From Cycas panzhihuaensis (Eukaryota > Plantae > Cycadophyta), in NCBI GenBank assembly GCA_023213395.1, contig CM041465.1:203553741-203617740 (forward strand): 64,000 nucleotides of DNA, written 5' to 3'. Below, piece by piece: positions 28,192 to 41,300 of this stretch. The notes under the pieces are model-generated. The model had not been told where the DNA came from, made no database searches, and saw only the letters and a list, made by a program, of their open reading frames with translations. Position 1 is the first letter of the stretch. Each line of letters opens with the position of its first letter. The translations under genes were made by a program, and so were the position numbers.

Positions 28192-31100
28192 AGAAGAATT
28201 CTTGATCTAAAAAGTACTTCTCATTAATGAGCTTTCAATCTCTATAAATATAGTACATTTGAATAACGGTTTAGTAACCGCTTGATACATGAGTGCCACT
28301 TGGCATGATTGTACAAAAAGGGTTTTATGACACATAACCCTAATGACATAAGTTAAGCTAAAGCATTAACCTTTACACCCTCTCTTAATGTTTTATCTCT
28401 TATTCCTAGTTTGTCTTTGAAAAATTGGAATTTGTCTTTACTTAATGGCTTTGTGAATATATCTGTTGTCTGATCTTTTGAAGTGCAATGTATAAGCTCA
28501 ATTTCTTTATTATGAATTTTTTCTCTAAGAGAATGATGATGAACTTCTATGTATTTTGTTCTTGCATAGAAAACAAGATTTTTCGTCATCTTAATTGTAC
28601 TTTGGTTGTCACAATATAAGATGGTTGGCTTCTTTTGTTCCTGTCCTATATCATTTAGTAGTTGTCTAATCCATATTGCTTCGCAGGTGGCACTGATAGC
28701 AGACTTGTACTCAACTTCTATAGATGACAATGCCACAATAGGTTGGTTTTTTACTACTCTAGGAGATTACTATTGAGTCTAGAGAAAAACAATATCTTGT
28801 AGTAGGCTTTCTTTCTGTTCTATCTCCTGCCCAGTTAGAGTCATTGTAACGCGATAACTATGTGGCATTGTTTTGTGTATAATTTAACCCAACGTTTATG
28901 GTCCCTTTCAGATATTTGAGTATTCATTTTGCAACATTCCAGTGAAAAATTTTTGGTTCCTGCATAAACCTTGAGATTACTCCAACAGAAAAGGCTATGT
29001 CAGGTTTGGTGGCAGTAAGATAGATCAAACTTCCAACGAATTGCCTGTACATAGTTGCATTCACTATCTGTTCTTTTGTATTAGAGTCCAATATACAACT
29101 TGCCTCCATAGGTATGAAACAACTATTGCAATTTTCCATGTTGAATTTTCTAAGTATATTTTTAATATACTTTGACCGAGACAAATGTATGCAAGCATTT
29201 GACTGTGTCATTTCTATTCCAAGATAGTAGTGTAGAACTCCCAAGTCTGCTATTTCAAAAACTTTTCAAGTTGACTTTTGATGAATGTGATTGAGTCACC
29301 ATTGCTTCCTATAAGTAGCATATCATCCACATATACTACTATAATTGTTACTTTTCCTTTATTGAATTTTACATATAGACTTGGATCTGACTCGCACCTG
29401 TGGAAGTTGTTGTTGACAAGATACTGATCCAATTTTGCATACCAAGCTCTGGGGGCCTGTTTAAGCCCATAGGGAGCCTTTTTCAACTTGCATACTAGAT
29501 TCTCTTGTCCTGGTTTGCAATATCCTTCTGGTTAATGCATACACACTTTCTCTTTTAGGTCTCCACTTAAGAAAACACCTTTTACATCAAGCTAAAATAT
29601 TTTCCATTTTCGCTGGGCAGCTAATGCAATTACTGTTCTTACTATGTTCAACTTGGCCATTGGTGAGAGTGTTTCTTCATAATCTATTTCTGTCGTTTGA
29701 GTATATCCCTTGGCAACCAATCTTGCTTTGTATTTCTTAATTTCCCCGTTCAATTTTTCTTTAATTTTGTAAACCCATTTGCAATTTACAATGGGTTTGT
29801 CTTTAGGTTGTTCAACTAGTTCCCACGTTTCATTTTTATCAATTGCAGCAATTTCAGCTTCCATTACGACTGTCCATTCTAAAAGTTTGCTAGCTTCTTC
29901 ATAGCTGACAGGTTCAACTAAGCAAGATAATGCTTGGTGCCTTTAAGACTTGGTTTTATGTTCAAAAACATCTCCTTTTGTCTCTTCAATGGTTTTGAGA
30001 TACCACCTTGGTACCTTTTTTGTGACCTGTTGTTCTGGAATGATACTATGCCCTTCTTCTGAACTCTTATTTTCTAGAGATTGTTCTTCACCACTTGAAT
30101 CAACACTTTCTATGGTGATTTTAGACTTTTTATCTGAAAATGTAGGAACATACTCATCTGTAGTTTTTGTTAGTGTTTCTATTTCCTGATATTTCTCTTG
30201 ATTTTTCTTAAGATTCTCATCAAACACAATATCTCTACTAGCATAGACTTTGTTAGTTTTGGGATCTATACATCTGTAAGCTTTTTATCTGGAACTATAA
30301 CTTACCATTATACATTCAATGCTTTTGCTATCAAGTTTGGAACGTTTTTCATCAAGAATGTGAACATATGCCTTACAACCAAATACTTTAAGATTACTTA
30401 CATCAGGCTTATATTCGGTCCATGCTTCCTCCAGAGTTATTTGATGCAAAGCATGTGTCAGACTTCTATTTATCAGGTACATGCGGTGTTGGCGACTTCT
30501 GAAGACACTTTGGTGACCTCTTTATCATGAATCAAACAACGAGTCATTTCCATAATTGTTCTATTCATTTGTTGCTACTTTTGCAGTAATGGAAGAATTC
30601 TTTTGACATGTATTTGCCTCCTCCATCAGATCAAATATATTTGATTTTTCTATTGCTCTCTAATTCAACCTCAACTTTAAATTATTTGAAGCGATCGAAA
30701 ACTTTAGATTTCTTTTTTAAAAAATATATGCAAGCTTTTTTGGAGAAGTCGTCAATAAAGGTAAGTAAGTACCTTGCTCCATTAATTGAGTTTGGAGTTA
30801 TTCGGTCGCAAATATTAGAATGTATCAATTCTAGTTTGCTTTGAGCTCTCTGTGTGCCTTCAGGAAAGGGATTTCAACGTTGTTTATCCATCATGCAACT
30901 TTTACATACAAAGGAATTAAATGACAGATTTGGCAAACCAATTACCATGTTAGAATTCTTTAATAATTTTAACCTATCGTTTGAGATATGCCCATATTTT
31001 AAGTGCCATATTTCATTATCATCCTTGCTTATGACAACGAGTGATTTTACATCAGAAGTAGGCAAGATAGGAGTAGAAAGCAATTTACAAAGATTATTAC

Positions 31101-33374
31101 TTTCTATACCTTCTGCAATTACTATTCCATTCTTTTCATATCTAATATAAAGCAGTGCCCACTATCATAAAAAATGGTTACTTTTTCTTTCCAAGCCGAG
31201 ATATAGACAAAAGATTCTTTTTCATCCTTGGTACATAAAGCATATTCCCTATTCGCTGCATTTTTCCTTCAATTTCAACTGCTATTATTCCAATGCCTTC
31301 AATGTGTAAGGGAAAATTGTCTCTTAATTCAACAGAACTCATTGAGAAATATGGCTTAAGAGATTCAAACCATTCCTTTTTTCCGGTCATGTGATTTGAG
31401 GCTCCTGAATCTATATACCAATCGTCTACTGCTTTTGTGCTAGTAGCCAGAGCAACCACAAATGCTGTCTCTATTTCATTTTCTTTTGCCTCTCGTTCTT
31501 TTTCTTTACTATAGTTACTAGCAATCTACTTCCCTCTCTGAATTATGGCTCGCCTATTTGTACATTGACAAGGAAAGTGTCCAGGTTGTCCACAGTGATA
31601 GTAGAGATCAAAAGCCCGATAGTTGCTTGAAAAATGTCTAGGTTTTCCACAATTGAAACAAACTCTTGCATCCCTTGGAGTAGACCTAGCTCTACCTCTA
31701 CCATCAGCCCAACGTCCTCTGAAGCTTATTGCGAAAGTTCGTCCTCGACCACAAAAACTTGATTGACCATGACCTCTGTCCAAGTTGAGTTTGGACACAA
31801 AGGCTTCTTCTACTTCAGCAGCATCTTCCTCGTATCGACGATTTCTTTGTTCTTGGTTTAACATGTGACCTGTCAAAGCTTCCAAGGTCATTTTTGTTGT
31901 CTGTCCTCCTCCTGCCAGCATGTTGACCATGTTGTTGAATGACTTGGGAAGTTTATTCAACACAAGATGAACTAATTCTATGTGGGATATCTTATCCCCG
32001 ACAGAGACAAGATCATTTTTTACACTATTTATTTTGGCCACAAATTCTGACATAGATTGATTTTCTTTCATTTTGAGTTTGTACAACTCCTCTCCAATGG
32101 CAATTATTCGAGCTTCATTTTTCTAGCTAAACAAAGATTTCACTATATTCTAGATTTTAGGAGAAGATTTAATACCATCTATATAAGATAAAAGTGAGTC
32201 TAAAATTGAGAGCTTGAGAATTCCCATGGCTATGTTATCATTTTCTTCCTAGGCAATTTGATCAACTATGTCTGTAGGTTTCTTTTCTTCCCTAATGACG
32301 ATTTTCTAGGCACTTTTAGCTCTTAAGAGGCCCTCAATTTTGATTTTCTAGAGATTGAAGTTAAGTTCAGTGAGTTTGTCACCTTCAGGAGCTGCAACAA
32401 CAGAGGAGGCCATTTAGATTTCACTGAGATAGAACTGAGAGTATGTATTAATGAGTCGTATGGCCGTACGGTATGGATTTGTACAGAAAATGCAGGTGTA
32501 CGGATCAGGAAAAAAAAAGGTGTCAAAAGCAAGCTTGTGATGAGTAGATTCCAGATCTAGAATTTTTTTTTTGAAATCCTTAGTGGTTAGGGTAGAAAAT
32601 AGAGACGAAATGGGCGGTGGCGGCTAGGGTTTTTAGAGAAAAATCTTCATATTTAAAAAAATACTCGAAGAAAATTTTGAAAAATAGACTCAAATGAATC
32701 ATATTGACAGAGAGAAGATCTTTGATTAGGTTTTACTCGGATTTTTTGCCTGATTTTGAAGAAAAGTGCAGAACTAGGTCCAAACTTGTGCCTGACTAGT
32801 AATCAGCAAAAACTGCATGAAGACTTGAATTTTTGCACTCGATTCTTTAGAGAAAAATGATGGCTGTGATGAAACGTATTTGCTGGTAAAATTTTAGAAA
32901 ATTCTGAACACTTTCATTTTTTCCACACAGTTCATACTAGTTCGTACAGGAGTCCATACAATTTCCGTATTTTTAAATTTCCCTTTATTTTGCAATTAAC
33001 TTCATTGAGAAAAGATTCAGAAGAATGAAATTCACTTGGATGCCCTAATTTTCATAGAACTTCTTCTCTCTTAACTTCCTGATTTCACTGGACTTCTCCT
33101 TTTCCTCTTTCAAACTTCTTCTTCACTAGACTTCTCCTTCTCCTCTTTCAAACTTCTTCTTCCAATAGGAAGGCTTGCACTGATACCAAGAAGATCTCTT
33201 GATCCAAAAAGTACTTCTCATTAATGAGCTTTCAATCTCTATAAATATAGTACATTTGAATAACAGTTTAGTAACCGCTTGATACATGAGTGCCACTTGG
33301 CATGATTGTACAAAAATGGTTTAATGACACATAACCCTTATGACATAAGTTAAGATAAAACATTAACCTTTATA
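28192..33374 (-). mobile_element. Full-length Ty1/Copia element with short non-canonical LTRs
   Basis: 186-bp LTRs 28192-28377 and 33189-33374 (about 10 mismatches by eye). Perfect TSD ATAAT (28187-28191, 33375-33379). PBS TGGTATCAG abuts the LTR. PPT AGAGAGGG. Order gag-PR-INT-RT-RH. Confidence 0.96.
28353..32400 (-). pseudogene. Copia gag-pol with stops
   Basis: Gag knuckle CFNCGKPRH, PR WYIDSGASNHM, GAG-pre-integrase WHLKYGH, RT KARLVAKGY / YGLKQAPRAW / YVDDML, RH ILYCDNQS / DIFTKPL. Confidence 0.93.
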
Positions 33375-33925
33375 ATAATTCCCTATATGAAGTCACTAAT
33401 ACTTAATTCTTCCTAAGCTTTGTCCTCATAGGCGAGAGGTATAAGACTTCTCTTTCTTCATATTCAATCCTAATTTCTTGGCCATCTGAGTATCAATTAA
33501 GCTATGGGCACTGCCTGGATTGATGAGAATCACAACCTTTTCCTTTCTGAGGTAAACAAAGAGCTTGATGGTGTTACCCTATGGTGCCTCTAACATGGTT
33601 GGTGAGAGAACTTTAGGTTGGCTATCCTCTTTTTTTACTTTTGCCATGCAAGTTGACTCTTTATCACAAGATTGCCCCCCACAACCCCCCCCCCCCCTCC
33701 TTTGGGTCTTCTCTACATTCTTCTCCTTCATCATTTATAACATCAATCTCCTCATTGGTCTTTATGTATTGGTTCCCTTTGCTCCAATGGTTTTTGCACG
33801 TGTGGCAAATGTTGAGAGCCTTTCACTAGCCTTTTTGCCTTCTTGCTCCCTTTGTGCAATGTCTTGAGCTTTGCCCCTATTAGAACTATTATCTTGATAG
33901 CTCAAGGTTCCTTGCTTGCTAGGCT

Positions 33926-34375
33926 CAACTTTCTTGGATCCCGAGCTTGGGATTTTGGAGGGTGTCACAACATTGAATCGTCTTTGAGTGATTTGATATT
34001 TAGCCTTCTCTTGATGAATCATGCTATTCACTTCATTTGACATATTTATTCTAGAGTCGAGAACCTTTGTTCGTATTGCAGGTCGTGGATTACTGCTATA
34101 TAGTGAGGGACCCTTGGTGAAGGAGGTGCTAGCCCTTATAGGGGGCTTCTCAACTTTCTTGGATCCCGAGCTTGGGATTTTGGAGGGTGTCACAACATTG
34201 AATCGTCTTTGAGTGATTTCATATTTAGCCTTCTCTTGATGAATCATGCTATTCACTTCATTTGACATATTTATTCTAGAGTCGAGAACCTTTGTTCGTA
34301 TTGCAGGTCGTGGATTATTGCTATATAGTGAGGGACCCTTGGTGAAGGAGGTGCTAGCCCTTATAGGGGGCTTCT
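33926..34375. repeat. 225-bp near-perfect tandem duplication (2 copies)
   Basis: 33926-34150 and 34151-34375 differ at about 2 positions. The 75-aa repeat is visible in ORF 33762-34268. Confidence 0.95.
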
Positions 34376-35319
34376 AGAGTTTTTCTATTTGTTTTGTAAA
34401 GGCTTCCACAAAATATTTGAAATTGTGAAATTTTCGTTTCCTTTTCCAGAGTGTTGCCCAATGATACATAGATCTTGATAGATGGTCTATGGCAAAGTTG
34501 ATTTGTCCCCATGCCTCACTAATACGGAGTTCATTGATAGTATTTCCAATTTTTTCTAATCATTCGTCTACTTTAATATTACCATCTTGGGGATAGACCG
34601 GTACCTTTAGATTATGGCAAAAGATTGGTTGTCGGGGTTCCTCATATTTCTTATATTCCTTTCGAACCTCTTCCTTATACTTTTTATATTCTTTCTAATC
34701 TTCTTCCTTGTCATTTTGACTATTGGTGTTCTCTTTTCTTCCTAGAATCCCTTGTTAATTTGCTTACTTTGCTGATTAACATGTCAAGCCTCCCATGTAT
34801 TGTATCTATTTTTTTATTGTTCTCTCCTTTCTGCTCCTCAAAATTTTCCCTAAGAATTCAAAGGTCCTCAGGAGCTCGGTCCATTCTTTTCTTATGTTTG
34901 ATTGTCTCTACTTTTTGAAATCCTGAGCGAAGCTCTAGCTTTTACAACCACTTTAGTGATCTCTTGAGTATCTTCTAATGTCTACCATATAAAATTATCT
35001 CCATGTATATCAATTTATACCTCAAAATAAAGGTCTCTAAGCAAAGATCCCAATGCTTTAGACGAAATTGAATTTTGATGCCACTAGCAAAAGTTATGGC
35101 CCTTTTAAGGTGGGTCATGATTAGGATTTTTGGGGACTATAAAAGCACCTATTACAAAAATGCTAATAATAAATTTACTTTGATATCCAAAGGATTTGAA
35201 ACCACTTCCAACATAAAGTATACATCGAGGCAAATAGATTTAAAAAAATGTGAGGTTAATTGGATACCTATAACTAAAGTTATGACTACTTGAAGTTGCA
35301 ATAGCAGATTTTAGGCCTT

Positions 35320-38300
35320 TGTTACATAATTGCCTAGCATTAGTGAGGCCTAACTACTAGCATATGACCAAGAAACTTGGTGCTTAGTGCTAGCCATTAA
35401 CTTTTGTGTGTGGGCCATTTATTTCTACCAAGGAATTGGATGTTGCTTATTCTAACCAATAATATTTTATGTAAGAGGCCTTTGTTGTCTATTTAAGGCC
35501 CTTCGAATGTAAATGGAGGATTATTGTGTATTGAGATCATATGTAATAGCATACGGCAGTGTGTCTTTTGATGTTCATTTGGTGCCCTTAAGAATGACCT
35601 TTTCTATAATTCTGTTCTCATTGTTAATAAAGAGAGCCATTTGCTACCATGTTGTGTCCTTTGAGTTTGTTGATCTACTTATTTATGGAGGATATTGGGC
35701 AAAACCGTCCCAAGTGGTATCAGAGCTTGGTATGCTGGTCCATTTGAAGCAACAAGGTTTGATTGGAAAGGAGTTGAAAATTTGGGTGTTTTTTTTTTTT
35801 TGTGGTGAAATATTGCAAACCTTCCTCCTCTTTGGTTAATTTTTGCTTCTTGGTTTTTATGTTTTAATGCTCTCTTTGCAATATTTTGCCATAATTTGCA
35901 GAGATCAAGTAAAGACAACAAATCTTTTTGCAACCTTTTTATTCTTTCCTTTTTCTAAATTCTCATAGAGGTCTAGGTAGAAACCTTGTTTTGAGGGTTT
36001 TAAAACATCGATATTGCTTTTGACTAAGTGTGCTTGGGTATATGCCAACACATGAAGTGAGGCAGATCCTGCCAATACTCAAGCCCTAAACAATGCTTGC
36101 ATACAGAATTGAGCCTCCATGTACCCCCGAGTATATAGGAGGACCCTTATAGGCTTCCACTCCTGTAACCTAGAATAGAAAACTAGTCGACTAGCTATAT
36201 ATCTAGAGTGTAGTGGTTAGTGGTTAGCGCCAAGAAGCTCTCCTCTATGAACACCTTAGACATGAATAGGGTGGCTACGGGTACGTTAATCCTCCATAGT
36301 TAGTGCCTTGAGATATTGGGCCAAGCATTATTACAAGTAAGAAGTTTATTGGAGAGCCTACAGATTAAGCAAGCCCTGTGTCGAAAGTTTGCCCAAAACA
36401 TTAGTTGCCCAATACTGTTTTGCATTGGCAAAATCTACTTAAAAAAAAAAAAAAATCATTCACCAAATATAAGGTAGAAAGAAAGTTATGGCAATCAAAC
36501 ACTACAAACTACATATTATAATAAACAACTATAGTAAACTTATTCAAACTCCTATTCGTAGATTCCTTCCTGTCTAGACCTTTAGTTGCAAGGTCTAAAA
36601 GTCATCATTATCAAGAAAAGAAAAAAAGACTACCTGTAGGCTTATACCTCCACAAGGTCACCTTTGCACACCACAAGGTCACTTCTACATAGATCAGTTT
36701 TTTGCAGACGAAACCTGCATTAGATGTCTGAGCATTAAAAAATGAGTCATTCACATCTAAAAATTTACCCTTATCTTTTATACATCTTATTTTAACGAGC
36801 ATGTCGTGCTGATGATTTTTCATCAGGTTAATTTCAACCCAAAATTTTGGGAAAAAATGACATGGGCACTCCATGGCCCTCGTAACCCAATTTTCACATT
36901 TAAAGTTCACCTACATCATTTTGACAAGTTTTTCACAATCATTTTAATACACTAGGTGAAATTATTACCAACTTTTGGTGATCAACAGGCTATAGACACC
37001 CCTCTTCACCCCTCATCCCCCCTCTACATCACTTCCTAATTCATTAGTCCTATTTTGTCTCTCTTTTCCCTTTTTCTTTAAACAATCCCTTCTTTTCCCC
37101 TAATTCCCTCTTCTTTGCATCCATTTCTTTTTTAGCTTACATTTATCCATATGATGGCTCTGCTCAAGCAGATTGCATTTCAACATTGGAGACTTAGTTC
37201 ATGGATATGAAGAATAATGTTACTCAGATCGATCATAAAATAGACAAGTTGAACGATACTCTCAATCAAAGAATAGATAAGTTGGTTGATGATATTGTGA
37301 TGTTGCCCACGTAGTTGTCTGTGCTGATATCCAACATGGCATCTACCTCAAATACAATAAGCACCCCATCTCCACCTCCCCCACATACATTCACTCCCCT
37401 GCCACGTCAACAACCATTCCTACCATAAAATTACAATACTAACATTTGATCTAGATCTTAATAAGGACATTGTGACAAGTTGGATTAGCAAGTTAGAATT
37501 GTACTTTGCTTTTAATCCCATGTCTCTCATGGATCAATTGATATTTGCCTGTATTCATTTGGAAGGAAAGGCACATCATTGGTTCTATTAGTAGCAATGA
37601 GAGTATTCGACAAATCAAACCTAGGCAAAGTTTTGCAAGAATTTTGTTGAACAATATGAAAAAACATGGAACTAGTCCATCTTTAGTCAACTCACTCGAC
37701 TGAAACAAATAACATATGTGAAAACATATATAGAAGAATTCTAGACATTACATAATAGAGTCAACCAATCGCTTGATTGATAAACTCTCATTGATGTATA
37801 TGTGTCGGGACTTGAGGAGTGTATTCAAATATGCTTCAAGACAATTCCTCCAATGAATTTAAGAGAAGCCATCTCCATAGCTAAGGTAGTTGATGCTAAA
37901 TTTGCAATCGAATGGCCACGCACTTTTTGTTGAGACTCTAATTGGTACCAGCGTTCTTGGCAGGTAGACCTACAACATCAATGACTGTGTAGGGAATCAT
38001 CACAACGTCCATCAGTAGAGCCCTTAACAAATCTAGTCCACATACCAACACCAGAAGCAAATAGGTGCAAAGATGTTGACCTTTGCATCAAATGCTTAGA
38101 GAAGTGGATCCCTAGTCACGACAAAGTCTACAAAGCTAATTGAATGGTCTTCACCATTGACCCTATCTTGTCTTTAGAGGAAGATTCCAATACTGACCAT
38201 GAACTTGAAGAGGAACCTCTAGAAGAATTGATCCCAAATCCTAAGCTCAAAGTGTCTTTATTGTTGTTTCTTTTGCTTCTTGCCCAGAACCACTTTGTGT

Positions 38301-41300
38301 CAAGGGCATATTTTGGAAAACCCCCATAACCATCTTGATCAATGGTGGTGCGTCAATTAACTTCATCGATATATCCTTGGCTAGGCAACTTAACTCGTAC
38401 ATTGTTCTTAAAACGAGGTTCACTTGTTCTTTATCGAGATATCATGCTCTCCATTGTATAGGAATAATAAAAAAATTGTGTATCTAGATTGGAACCTACC
38501 ATTTGGTATTTGATTTCTATGCCTTATCTCTTGGAGGGTCAGACGCTATTTTTGGGGTCTAGTGGCTCCAAATTCTTAGTACTTATCACACTAATAATTC
38601 CCTTAATAATCCTTTCACGTTATTCAACGATAATCTTGGCCAAATACGCAAGCTTCATGGTATTCAACCACTCCCTAATAAACTCATCTCCCCAAATCAA
38701 ATGTGCAAACAATTGAATGGTAGTGTTGGTTATATAGTGGGTATCAACAACATTCAAGTCCATATTGACATCCACTTGGACATCCAACACATCTTGTCCA
38801 AGTATCAGTTTGCATTAGCCCCACTTCCTAGTACCCCCTCACCAGATCACGACTATTACCACACCATTGAGGTCAAAACCCTTCATGATCCCATTGGCCT
38901 TAGGCCTTATTGAAACTCATACTTCTAAAAGAATGAAATTGAGAAAATCACTAATGAGTTAATGGACATGGGTATCATCCAACCCAACAAAAGTCCTTAC
39001 ATTATTCCTATTATCCTTGTCCGCAAAAAAGATGGCTTATTTCGACTGTATGTCAACTACAACAAACTTTATAAGATTACAATAAAAAATAGGTTCCCAA
39101 CCCTAAGGATTGACGATATGCTAGATGAAATCAATGGTGCTACCATATTCTCTAAATTAGATCTTCAATTGAGATATTACCAAATCCCTATTTTAAGTCA
39201 TGCCCTTTGGTCTCTATAACGCCCTGACCACATTTCAGGTCTTAATATATAGAAGTTTTGCTCCTTACCTTTGAAAATTTGTCATTGTTTTCTCTAATAA
39301 CATACTTATTCATAGTTCTTGCATGACTCATCATCTCCAACATTTTGAAGTTATTCGTCAGTTTCTCACCTAGCATCAACTCCATGCTAAGTTGTCTAAA
39401 TGTGGATTTGGTAAATCTGAGTTATAGTACCTAAGCCACATCATTTCTTCATATGGCATCCATGTTGACCCCAACAAAAATTCAGTCATTGTTACCTGGT
39501 TTACACCCAAAATCTCACCCAGCTATGTAGTTTCCTAGGGCTCATGGGATTCTAGCAATGATTTGTTAATAATTATGCTTCCCTTGCGGCCTTGCTAACT
39601 AATCTACTCTGTAAGGACTTATTTCAATGGTCACAAACTACAAATGATGCCTTCAATTATCTTAAAACGATCATGATGTTAACCCTTGTCCTTGCTACCC
39701 CATACTTCTCCCAACCTTCCTAGTTGAATGCAATGCTTCTAGATTTGGTTTGAGTGTGTTGTCGCAAGCTTGCACAGTCCTTTTGGAAGAAAACAAAGAA
39801 AAATTAGAACAAAATACACAAATGTAGTTCTAATGGCAACAATGTAGAGACTTTTGGAATATTTATAGCAAATATCTATGAAATAATTGAAAGTATCGAT
39901 TAAAGTATGAAGTACAAATGATAACACCTGATAATGCTTTTCTCTTTGAGGCAAGTACCCTCTAGAAAAATTGCAGGCCTAAGGCCAAAAATACAACAAC
40001 CAACACTACAGTTCTGATGATCAAGAATGAGCCCATCCTTTCCATTAAATAGGTAGCCAAAACCCTAGGATAAAGCTTGACCAAATTTAGTATGGAAGTT
40101 GACCAAAAAAGAGGTTTTAAGTCGGTTGGACTTACTACTAGAAGCCAGCCAGAACTAAAGCTTTTATGGGCTTAATTAAGTTGGCTAGATCCTCCCTGAT
40201 AAGCCAACAAGACAGAGAAAAGGAATGCTTCAAGTCCCTCCCACCTGAAAGAATGCTTTGCCCTCAAAGCATAGGTAAGTTCAGATGCTTACGAATCCAT
40301 TCTTTAGATTCCCATGTGGTGTCATCTAAACTTATTTCCCTAGAGTGTAGTTGTCTTGTTCGGATTTGTAACATCCCTTCAGGTTCTAGAATAATTTTCC
40401 TTCTTCGTCTAGCTCCGGAATTTTGGTTTCAGGGGTGATTTTTTCATTGAGCTTCCACTTGAGGCATGGCACATGGAAGACATCATGAATACGACTTCCT
40501 TGAGGTAGGGCTAGCTGAAAAGCTACTTCTCTGATCTTATCACTAAACTGATATGGCCTAAAATTTTGGGTGCTAACTTTTGTTTACTTGTTTGTCTCAG
40601 AGTCGACTACTTGTATGGTTGCAGTCTTGAGAAAACTCAATCACCAACTAAGAAGAATCTTTCTAATTTATGTAAGTCCGCTTGTTGCTTCTTCTGATTT
40701 CTTGCGATGTTCAAATTGTCTTTTAATATTCAGAGTGTCTGATCTATTTGCTCCTACTGTTCTCAAACTGCTTGTACGAGCGACGTCTTTGCCCAAGTAA
40801 GGAGGGATGGTGGCTCGAATCCATATAATGCCTAAAAAGGAGTCATTCTTGTTGTCGTATGGTAAATGGTGTTGTACCACCATTTAGCCAAATGGAGCCA
40901 TTTGTGCCAAAGTTGTTGCTCGTCAGAGGTGAAATATCATAGATACCCTTCTAAGAATTTGTTTACGACTTTAGATTGACCATTTGTTTGTGGATGGTAT
41001 GTTGTGCTCATGGATAGCTTTGTACCTCCCCATTTGAACAAGTCTTGCCAAAAATGGCTTGTAAACTTTGAGTCACAGTCGCTAACTATGATTTTGGGGA
41101 ACTTGTGTAAGCAGTGTATTTCTTTCATGAAAACTTCTACTACTTGGTTTGGTTTAGCCATCGATTGAATTCCCTTGAAATGTACATATTTTGTTAAATG
41201 ACCGACAACCACAAAAATGGCATCCTTTCCTTTTGATTTTGATAGGCCTGTGATGAAATCCATTGAGATTTCTTCCCATTTTTGTTGTGGGATCGATAGA

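Larger units (their letters stand above)
27371..35319 (-). mobile_element. Non-autonomous Gypsy derivative (gag N-domain plus protease, no RT/RH/INT), interrupted by a Copia
   Basis: Probable 3' LTR 27371-27825 with PPT AAAGGAGGGA. Gag remnant at about 34390-34610 (LKVPVYPQDG..INFAIDHL..YHWATLW). Protease KVVILINPGSAHSLID at about 33490-33545, continuing across the Copia insertion as LHIGNYEF..VILGTRWLWTLG and reaching the PPT within about 350 bp. Confidence 0.7.

Noticed and set aside
33085-33165. Short pyrimidine-rich tandem repeat in the Copia leader
   Set aside because: A low-complexity duplication of the kind common in retrotransposon leaders; not a CRISPR-like array.
33762-34268. 168-aa repeat protein as a novel gene
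   Set aside because: It is the gag-PR linker of a decayed Gypsy, lengthened by the 225-bp duplication.
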